Source of the DNA: Lama glama
Taxonomy: Eukaryota
Assembly: GCA_028534125.1 (NCBI GenBank)
Contig: CM052837.1
Coordinates: 36,456,001-36,520,000 of the forward strand
Direction: 5' to 3'
DNA: 64,000 nucleotides
Positions 54,084-64,000 of this stretch are shown here, one piece after another (position 1 is the stretch's first letter; every line of letters starts with the position of its first letter). The notes under the pieces were generated by a model that was not told where the DNA came from, searched no databases, and saw only the letters and a program-made list of their open reading frames with translations. Both the position numbers and the translations under genes were made by a program.

Positions 54084-56314
54084 CATTTGAGGCTTTGTGA
54101 CTCTCCACGGGGTGTTTGGTGTGATATCAATGAGCAGAGAGCCCTTGACTGGGCTGGAGTCCAGGGTCCAGCTTGGACACCCCTCTCCCATGGCCTCTGT
54201 GTCTCCAGCTGAGTGTAGGGGACCCCCACCCTGCTGACACTGGGCTCTGTGAAGCACATCGTCAGCTGGAAGGAATCGAATCAGGCACCTTGTGGGCTGG
54301 AGCCCTTACGGTAACAGCTAGGCCCTGGGCAGCACACCCAGCCCACTGCCTCCTCCCTGGCCAAACACGGCTCTGCTTGTCTCAGGATAAAACCAGACCC
54401 AGCACTGCAGCCCACCAGGCCCCGTGGAACCTCCCAGCTACGCCCTGCCTGTCTGGTCAGTCAGCAGACCCTCCAGGCTGTCCCCATCTGTCTCATGGGG
54501 ACAGTGGCTTTACTACTTCCACCCAGGACACAACAGAGCCCTTGCCCCTTTTTTCTGACCATCTGGACCTCCAGGCATCTCCCCAGAGCCAGCAGGTGTG
54601 TGCCCAGCCTGATCTATTGGGTGCGTTCATTTTATTAAACTACATCCGACCTGTGTCCTGCCTGTTTGTTTGGCCATATCCTCAGGTCTGGTGAAGAGGA
54701 GGCACCCAGAGAGTGCCCACTGCAGGCAGGAACGGCCTCCCGGACTTACCTCCTGCAGGTCCCTCCAGGTGTCAGAGGGCCCTGTGACTTGGCGAGTTTA
54801 GAGGAAGTCTCGGGGTTCCCAGGAAGAAGCCCCGCCTCTGAGCCCCGATGGTCCCAATCCTGTCCCCATCCTGTGCCCCTTCCTGGCCAAGGCTCTAGAG
54901 AGGCAGCCCCTGTTGGGGAAGCAGGGTGCAGGGAGGGGGTAGCCTGTGATGGGCCCAGATGTCTGCATCCTTGCCAGACATTACCCCTCCCTGGCTCACT
55001 AGATGCTCCCCCTGGACTCAGCTCTTGGCCTGAGGGACAAGTCTCAGCCACAAATCTCGGGCCCCAGCCTCAGGGAATGGTGTGGGTGAGGTAAGTGGTC
55101 CTGGGAACCCCAGGGTGGGGGCCTGGGACCTCCCTGGAGACCCAGCCATCCCCAGGGAGTAAAGGGAGGGGCTGCTGCAGTAATGAGATGGCTCTTAGGA
55201 CTCCAGACCCGGGTGTCCCCCAGCAGCCTGCTGGGGTGTGAAGTTGGGGGTCCAGCCTTCTGATCTCAGATCTGTGGGGAGCACATGGGGGACCTCAGAA
55301 GAAGGCAGTGACCACTGAGTTTACCTTGGTCGCTGCATCCTCCACACAGGACTGCGGCGTCCTCATCTGATGTCTGTGGAGCCGACGTCTCCACAGTGGC
55401 ACTTTTTTATCCTATTTGACCTTTGGCCCTCAGGGCTCCCCAACCCCCACCATCAACTCCTCACCACCTCTCTGCTCTGTACTTCACAATGGGCAGCCCT
55501 GGGGGAGTCAACTGAGGGGCAGGGGTGCCCAGCATGGAGGGAGGGGGTGGCATCCTGGGACCTGGCTTGCCCCTGCCCTCCTCCTTCACTGGACTGATGC
55601 CCAGCAGGCCCCTTCCCCCGCCTCCATCCCTGGGGACCTGGCCAAGCTCTGGCTCCCCTGGGGCGTGGGGCGGGGGCGAGGGCTCTGCAGCTTCTGCAAG
55701 AAGTGCCCGCGGACGGCCTTATATGGCCAGGAGGCCTCACTGCCCGGGAGGAATCCGATCCCACGGGCAGGGCAGGGCAGGGCCGGGGCTGCGGGAGCCA
55801 ACCGCTGGGAGTGGCTGCAAGGCGCCCCCACTCCTGGGCGCACAGCCCTCTAAGGGGAGCCACATTAGCCCGAGCCCCTCAGCAGCTCTGGGACACCCGG
55901 TCAGGGGCCCTGCGGCAGAGGGGCTCACTGGCAGCTCCTGGTGGGGCAGGCAGGCTCCCTTGAGCCCTGTGGGTCTGTCACCCTGGCAGGAGCAGCAAGA
56001 CTGCAGGTCAGCCTGCCCCTCCCGGCACCACAGGAACCACACCAGGTATGGCCCCCCTACTCCGTGCCTGCGGGGCCGAGGTCCAGCAGCCCCTGCTCAG
56101 GCCTTGACCGGCCGGGCCTGCTGGCCCTCAGCACGTGGCCTCCACCCCTGGGCAGGCCTGGCCTGGCATCAGCCGCTCCCTCAGAGCAGCACCCCTCCAT
56201 AGCCAGGCCAGGGGCCTCCCGCGCTGCCTCACCCTCCCTGGCCCTCCCCCTTGCCCTCCGTCGCCCTCCCCTGTCTCCCAACTCTCCCTCTCTGGGCTGT
56301 CACTCTCCGGCTGC

Positions 56315-56442
56315 TCTCCCTGTCTCTGTCTCTGTGTCTCTGTGTCTTTCTGTCTCCCTGTCTCTTTCTGTCTCTACTTCCCTGTCTCTCTCTCACCTCT
56401 GTCTCTCTCTCTCTGCCTCTGCCTCTCTCTCTCTGTCTCTCC
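56315..56442. repeat. (TCTCTG)-type pyrimidine-rich low-complexity tract
   Basis: Direct reading. Confidence 0.85.
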
Positions 56443-57244
56443 CCACACCTGCTGCCCTGGGTGTGCCGAGCCCTGCTCCTCGGGGAGCCCTGGGCACTGT
56501 CCCCACGTCTGGCCTCAGAGCACCGCCAGCACCTCGCTGACCCTTGGAGAAGGGATCTGTTTCTGATACGGAGGCAGCCGTGGTGGTGGCAGAGCCACTT
56601 CCTACCTGCCAGGGCTGTCTGCCCCAGGAAGGGTAGGGGCCCTACACAGAGAGGTGTCGACAGCTGTCTGTTCAGGGTGGGCTCCGACAGGACACAGCAG
56701 AGGGACAAGGGCTATCAGGCGGCTGGGCCGGGTTGGGCAGGAGGCCTGGGGCATCACCTGCCCTGTGCATCCTCTGCAGGTCAGCCCAGCTCTCCCCCTG
56801 GGCTGGCAGGAGCAGGAGGGGACGGGGTGGGGCCCTCAGGAGACCTGGCCTGGATGCTGGCCCAGCGCTGAGACTCACCCCGCTGGGGCCCCGGCTGTGG
56901 TGAGGGGTTTCTCTTCTGTCACCTCAGGTGGCTTTTCAGAGGCAAACTGTGCAGTTGCCCCTGCGGGAAACTCTTCAGCCCTCCAGCAGCCTCAAGACTG
57001 GAGGGCCCGTCCCTGCCCCTGGCCCCACCTGGCCCCACCTGCAGCAGCCGCTTGCTCCTTGTAGCCCTCAGCACTCCAGCTTCACTGGCCTCCTTACAAA
57101 CACTAAGTGCCCCCTCACACCGCAGGGACTTTGCACAAGCCGAGCCACACCTTCCACGAGGAATTTTCTCCCACCTCGCACTCCATAGGCACACCCTGCA
57201 GACCCCAGCTCTGGAGGCCCTAGGGGCCCCTAGTCTGCTGTATG

Positions 57245-57400
57245 TTTTTCCTTCATTCATTCAACAACTATTTAAAATTCTCATTTATTTCATTTAATCT
57301 TATTTTATTATTTATTGTGCATCCCAGGCCCTGTGCTGAGCAGGTGCTGGGCAATCGTGGCTGGACCCTGGGACCCCTGTGCCCTGTCGCCTTCACACTG
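57245..57400 (-). mobile_element. LINE-2 3' end fragment
   Basis: TTCATTCATTCAACAACTATTT...CCAGGCCCTGTGCTGAGCAGGTGCTGGG. Confidence 0.5.
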
Positions 57401-60400
57401 GCCAGGAGGCCCCGGGTGGGGACAGGCAGGCTGAAAGGAGAGGGCTCAGTGTCTAGACCCAGTGTCCCTCTTGGGCAGCCTGAGAGCCACAGCTTCCTCT
57501 CTGGCTGCTGAGCAGAGTGAAAACACCAGGCAGTGACAAGTGTGGGCGAGGACGTGGGAAGTCGGGCCCCCCCCCCCCGCTGCTGGAGAAGCCAGGGTGA
57601 TGCTTCCTCAAAGATGGAACACAGCATCCCCAGGGCTCCCGCTCCCAGGCTCCCAGCGCGCGAACCCTGTCTGTGGCAGCATTGTCCGTAACAGCCGAAG
57701 GGCGGAAGCAGCTCAGCAGTCTGTCAGCGGGTGAAGGGTTGAGCCAGCACACAGTGGCGTGTTAGCTGAAAAGAGGCTCGCCGCCCGCACCTGCCACAAC
57801 ACGCGCGAGCCTGGGCGGCGGGCTCTCTGCAGAGGCTGCGGGGACCAGGAGCCAGCAGCTCGGGCTGCACCTGGGCCGCTGGCCTCCCAGGTGTGGAGGG
57901 GCAGGTCACAGACGCGTTCGGGCGCAGCTCAGGCGGGAGCGGTGCCCGGCGGTGGAGACGTGGAGGCGCCCGTGGCGCTGCTTTCCCGCTGGCCCTGGGC
58001 TTTCTGTGAGCACCACGGAGGCAGAGGCCTGTGTTTAGGGCCACGGTGAACCCAAGACACCCAGCCCTAAGCAGGAGACTGACTCCGCCTGGAGCGAGAC
58101 ACCACGGGCCCCGCCCACCCTGCCTCTGCCTAGGGCCCTGGGCCCCTGGGTCACACGCAGCTCAGCCTGTAGGCTCCTGCCTCGGAGGCCTGAGGGTGAA
58201 GCCCGCTCGGGCACCAGGCCTCACCCCGGCCCGCCCCACACTGGGGGTTTCCCCAGGGTCCCCAGTGTTTCAGATACAAGTGACACCCCAACCACTTCCA
58301 CCTACTTCACCCCAATTTCTTAACAAGAGGCCTTGAAAATACAGAAGTGTTCGGGGCACCACCCGTGCTGTGCCCAGTCCTCACCCGGCCTGTCCCTGCA
58401 GCTCTGCTCTGGCTGGAAGGGAAGACGGGGTGGGCCAGCTGAGGTGGGGATCCCCTCCAGGATCCCTGCTGGGGCCTCCCCTCTGCCCTGTGGAAAAGCA
58501 GGGGTGGTGGGTGGGCTGAGATCCAGGTCTCTGTTTGCCTGAGTTTCAACGTTTACAAAACATTTGTCCCTTGGCTCTCCTGGGGAAATATTTCCTAGAG
58601 GAATGTAAACACACAAGACTGGACGGTTCGCCGTCGGGGGTTGGTGGGAGGGTCTCCTGGGAGCCATCTCCTTCTCGAAGGGGGTCTGGGGGTCTGAGCC
58701 TGGTCCTCTAGGAAGTGCTACTGAGGGAGGCGGAGGCCCGGAGCTGAGAGCCGCCCCTCTCTTGGAGCCCAGCCTCCTGCTGCCTCTCGCCTCCAGGCTT
58801 GCTCTGTGGCCTCAGGTTGGAGGCACAACCTCTCTGGACCCCTGAGCTGAAGGGGCTGATGGTGACTTCCTGCCTCGTCCCCGGCCCCAGCACCGCAGCG
58901 CCACTGTGCCTCCCGGGGCCACATGCCCAGTGGGTCTTTAAGGAGCTGCTGTTTCTGGTGCCTTGTGCCCAGCGCTGGGCAGGCCCCTCACCTGATGTTC
59001 ACAAAAGCCCAGCTTACAGACTGGAGACTGGGGATCAGAAAGGCCGTGTGGACTCCTCTGTCCCCAGCACTATGACCCCGAGGCGACACGGCCCCACCAG
59101 CCAGGGGTCTTCAGGGGTCAGGAGGTTCTGCCTGCTGCCCACGCTGGGCTGGTAAGTCCAGACCTTATCTGCAGGGTGCTCATTCCCCCTCCTGACAGGT
59201 TACTCCTGGCTGGACGTGCGCCCACATGCTTGCTCTCCCGCGATGGCTGACCCTGAGCGTCCTCAGCAAGGCCCTGTGGCCCCAGCCTTGGGCAGCTGAG
59301 TGGGGCAGAGTCCGCACAAAGGTTATCTGGGTCCCGCAGGAGGCTGGCGCAGGCTGCCTTCAGGGCCTCCCCGTATCTCCACCAGGAATGCACCAAGACC
59401 CCAGCCCCTGCCCACCTCCAGGGGGAGGAATGTGGCAGCGGCTCCTGGGAGCTAGGAGCCTGGGAGGGGGGTGGTGAGGAGGCCTTGGCCTTCTGGAATT
59501 CCGCAGGCCTGGCACCAGATCCCTGCCTGCTCTCCCTCCCCCACCGCAGAGCCAGCGCCTGGTCCTCCTCTTCTCTGGCTGCCGGGGCACTGGGATGACC
59601 AGCATGAAGGGACGGACCTTCCAGGCCTGCGCGACAACGTCTCCTCCTCGGAGAGGCCTTCCCTGACCACCCGACCCACAGCCCCTTCAGATGGGCCATC
59701 GCCCTTCAAAGCTCTGGACCGACGCAGTCAGCATTCTGGGCGGATGTCTCCCTGCGGGGCTGGCTTGGGCACTGAGGGGCGCCAACCAGCACCCCTGGTC
59801 TCCACCCTCTAGTGGCCAGTAGCGCCCTCTTCTCCCCTGTCATGACAGCCAGTGCTGCCATGTGTCCTCAGGGAACCCACCTGGATTCCATCCACTACCC
59901 CAGACCTTCCCGAGATGAGATGCTGATTGGCTTATTGCCCTGGCCAGGAGCTCCCTGGGGTCAGGCATCAGGGGTCCTGCACACCTTGGGGCCTGATGCC
60001 CACCGGGGCCCAGGATGGCCTCTGGCCCCACACAGCCACCTGCCCGAGGTCATAGCAAATGGGGGGCAATGGCATCTCCTGGCTGGGCCCTGCCGTACAT
60101 CCCGGGGCCTCAGAGTCCCAGAGCGCCTGCAGAGCTGGGCGCTGGGGGGCGGGGGAGGAGCTGGGGGCCAGGTTGCACCGACAAGCCCGGGCCAGGCCCA
60201 CCCCCGGGGGCGGGAATTTGGATTCCAATCGCTTTCCAGGCCAGACCAACCTCTGCCTCTGGGCAGGTTTCTGCAGCTGCCTGGTGCGTGGAGGCTGCCC
60301 GAGAGCAGGCCCTGTCACCACCCAGCACCCGAGGTCCCTCCCTAGTTCCTCCCAGGCTCCACGCTGGCGTCCCCGGGCACAGAGAGGAGACGGGGGTTTC

Positions 60401-63400
60401 CGAACGTGTCCACGACTGAAATCCCACCGTGAACCCTCCGAGGGGCTCAGCACGGGGTGGGGGCGCCTCTCCTCCCACACAGGGCCCCTCCTGCACTGTG
60501 TCTCCCTCTCTACCCAGAGCCCAGGGCTGGGCTCAGACCCCGCCCTGCGCCCCGACTCCCCTGGGAGCCACTTCCTCTCCCTTGGCATCAGTTTCCCGCC
60601 CTGTAAAGGGACTTGTAACTGGACTGCCCCACGTTGCCATGGGGCCTCCGTGGGGCCTGGGCCAGGCCGGGCCAGTGGTCAGGACACTCCCGAGGGGGCA
60701 GCAACCCTCAGGCCCAGCTCCCAGGCAGGAAGAGCGAGCCCGCTGAGGAAGAACCCGCTGGCAACTCTGTGGTTCCCTGCATGCGGCCGCGTGGCGGCAG
60801 GCGCTGGGGTGCCCGGTCCTGCGTGGGTCGGTGGCTCGCTGATTCACACCTGCCGCCTGCTCCTCCACGGGCAGGAAGAGCGGGTCCAAGGGCGACTCCT
60901 GGACAGACAGGCCGGCAGACCAGCGAGAACAGAGCAGAGGGGAGGCGGGGAGGGCGGCCTTCCCCTGCTGGGGCCTGGACCTGGGTCTGGCCCCGGGTGC
61001 AGACAAGATGCAGCCTTTGCTCAGGCCCCTGGCTGCCCTCCACCTGATGGGCCCTCACCACATCCAGGGGGACTGGGAACAGCTTCAACTTCCTGATGCA
61101 GAAACAGAGGTGCAGACAGGAGGGGGCCTGGGCCGGGGGTCGGCCCTGGAAACCGGGCCTGTCCCGCCCCGAGGCCTGTACCTCCACGGACTGTGTGGCC
61201 CTGCCTGGACATGGAGGGGCCTGGGTCGGAGGTCAGCCTGGGGACCGGCCCTAGCGTGTGCTGCTAGCGGGCCTGGCCCGGGGTGACGGGGCCCTGCCGC
61301 CTGTGCCCTACAGCTTCTGCCTTTGAACCTGAAGCTCCACCCAGTTCGGCTGAATGTCCTGGCCTCTGGCCAGCGTGGTGAGCCCTCACTGTGTGCACTG
61401 GGACGGGACAGCTGGACGCTGTGTGCCTGGGGCGGAAGTGCCTCCTTTCCTGCCACTTGGCTCAGTCCTTGCCGCCAGGCCCCACGGGAGGGGTGGGGCC
61501 GGGAGACGGAAAGCTCTTGGGTGCGTCCAGCCCCACAGTCCTCTCTGCTGGGTGCCAGCTGGCCGTCCACCTGGACTTGGGGCACAGGCCCGGCCTGGAG
61601 TGCCTTCACCTGGAACCGGGGCCGGGGCCCACAAGAGCCTCCCGGGAGCCAGGCGGGGAAGGGGCCGCCCTGCCCGCCAGGGCGAGTGCGGACGGAAAAC
61701 CCTGCAGGTGAAACTACGGTTTGCGCTCCTCGTTGCGTGTCGGTTACACCTCAGTGAAAAAATCTAGTACAGGAAAACAAATAAAATTAAGTGACAAAAT
61801 AAAGTAAAATAGAACAGGACATGACGCTGGCCAGATGCCCACAGACTCCCTGTGACTGTGGCAGCTGTGAGTGACACCCGAGGCTCTCCCTACACCCCAG
61901 GTCATAAGGCCTGACCCGGTGTCGGGGCTGCATGCTCGCTGTGACGTGCCCTGAGCCCCACGGACCCCTGAGGCCAGAGGACGGTCTGGGGACTTGGCGG
62001 AGGCTCCCTGAGGCCCTCATGCTCCCTGCCCCCCAGGAGCCTGTCTGAGGCTGGGACTCTGAGAACGGAGGGCAGGCAGGCGGGGCCGGTGGCCACAGCT
62101 CCTGCCCGGGGCTGCCCAGGGAGAAGCTTGTCCCTTGGCCCTGACCTGCGGCTCACCCTGGGCCTGCGCCCAGGCCCGGAAGGAGGGCTTCCTGGTTTTG
62201 GGGCTGGTTCCCTTCCACACACAACGCGTTTCAGGCTGACCTGGCCCCACCTGGCCCAGAAACAGCAGCTCTGGGGGCACGGGGGCCCTCCCGGAAGGTG
62301 CCTCAGCACACATCGGAGAGCCTCGACTACCTATCTGTGAGGTGGCCCACGGACGGTGCTGGGGAATGGGCAGGGGATGCGGCACCCAGGCCCAACCTAC
62401 GCCACTGCCACCGTCACCTGCCTGGGCAACCTGAACGAGGACCTGTGTGACATGGGCGGTTATGGTGCAGCGGCCGGAGTCACCTGCCCAGGATTCAGAT
62501 CTACAGCTGTGGGATGGAGGTGACACATGACCACAACGGTGATGGTGAGGGTGGTAGCGACACTGATGGCGACGGTGGTGATGGAGTGTTGATGGGGGTG
62601 CCGGTGGCAGAGGGAGAGTGAAAACTCAGACTGTAACCCTGATGTGACGTTGGAAGTCACAGTCATCTAGAGCACCTGGGGTGGGGGTGGTGAGTGGGAA
62701 CAGGTGCATGTTCTGAGGGAGACGTGGAGGCGCCCAGGGACCCTGCTGAACAGGTGCTGCTCTGAGCCCCTGGGAGCTGCCCTGGGATCTGCAAAAAGGG
62801 CTCAGCCTGACAGAGTCTGCAAGTACCACGTCCTCCTGTCCCCGACTCCCTTCAACCCACCAGCTTCTGGCCCTTCCCCAACCTGGAGACCCCACAGAAA
62901 GCTCAGTAAGCCGCTTACCCCTTGGGTGAGGGGCCAGGTGCCTGAGGGAGGTGGCCAGCCCCTTCCCCCCCAGCAGAAAAGTAGGCAGGGAGCAGGCAGG
63001 TGAGACTCTGCCCTTGGGCCCCTGGCAGGGCTGCGTGTAGGGCCAGGTGCAGCTCTCGGGTGCCCCGTTGTGGCCGCTGGGGGCAGTACAGTCGGGATAT
63101 GGGGACAATTCTCCCCAGGTTCCCGACATCTGGCAGCCTGGGGCTCCAGTCTGAGCAGCTGCCCCCAACCCCACCCCGACTTCAGATGCTGGAAGGTGCT
63201 GCTGATGCAAGGCCTACCTCAGGGAACACTTGCTCCTCTGCCTGTGGGATCTGGGACTTCGGACAGCAGGGTTTCTTGAAGAGGGGCTCATCCAGATTTC
63301 ATGAGCTGGAGGGTGAAGCACCGAGTTTCCCTTCGAAGAACTTGCCTTGGGACCCTGCCCCAGGAGAGAGGAGACCGTGAAGCCTTGTGTGTGCGCCTGG

Positions 63401-63439
63401 GTGAATGTGTCCAACAGCCTTAAAGAACATGAGGCTTTT

Positions 63440-64000
63440 TTTCAGTGATAGAGTACATCCTGACCATCTGTAAGTGTGCAGCTCAGTGGTGGTAAACTTT
63501 CATAGCGTTGTGCAGCCATTACCGCCACTCATCTCCAGGACTTCCTCATCTTGTAAGACTGGAACCCTGTACCCACTGAACACTAACTCCCCATTCCTGC
63601 TCCCCCAGCCCAACCACCACCGTCCTACTTTCTATCTGAATCTGACTATTCTAGGTACCTCCTAGAAGCCGAACTTTACAGTATTCGCCTTTTTGTGGCT
63701 GGTTTATTTCACTTGGCATAATGTCCTCAAGGTTCGCCCCACATGCATGTGCTACAATCTCCTTTTTATAGATGAGTAATATTCCATCGGGTGTATAGGC
63801 CACATTTTGCTCACCCATTCATCCACCAAGAGACACTTGGGCTGCTTCCCTCCTGGCTATAGTGAATGCTGCTGCTGTGAGCGTGGTGTGCAAGTATTTC
63901 TTCAAGACACTGCTTTCAGTTAGCTCGGGTAAACACCCAGAAGTGGAATTGCTGGATCCTGCAGTAGCTGTACTTTTAATTATCTTGAGGAACCACCATA
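63440..64000 (-). mobile_element. LINE-1 3' end (L1MB-like), runs off right edge
   Basis: GTTGTGCAGCCATTACC...CTGTACCCACTGAACACTAACTCCCCATTCC...GGTTTATTTCACTTGGCATAATGTCCTCAAGGTTC...CCCAGAAGTGGAATTGCTGGATC. Confidence 0.88.

Noticed and set aside
50050-64000. Neighbouring gene upstream of LAMA5 (RPS21 in human synteny)
   Set aside because: No matching coding exons or second promoter-scale CpG island seen; presumably beyond the window.
1-64000. CRISPR arrays, rRNA, operons or other prokaryote-type systems
   Set aside because: The window is a spliced mammalian gene locus with no regularly spaced repeat-spacer structure.

Overview
GC-rich mammalian genomic DNA. Most of the window is LAMA5 (laminin subunit alpha-5) on the minus strand. 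The start codon is at 49559 inside a CpG-island promoter, and I traced 77 consecutive coding exons base by base down to position 8 with a continuous reading frame. They encode LN, LE repeats, L4a, LE, L4b, LE, coiled coil, LG1-LG4 and the start of LG5. The last exons (78-80 by human numbering, from memory) lie beyond the left edge. A 130-N assembly gap hides part of exon 1. The ~14 kb upstream (50-64 kb) holds no recognisable gene, only repeats and candidate cis-elements. tRNA-Ala-derived SINEs resembling vic-1 suggest a camelid. Almost all ORFs in the supplied track are GC-content artefacts or exon fragments. I found no novel multi-gene system. The most interesting observations concern splicing: a duplicated, frameshifted copy of the exon-45 acceptor and 5' end inside intron 44, two GC-AG introns, five in-frame stop-free short introns, and overlapping donors. 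Candidate CArG, CTCF, MEF2 and E-box elements are also reported.
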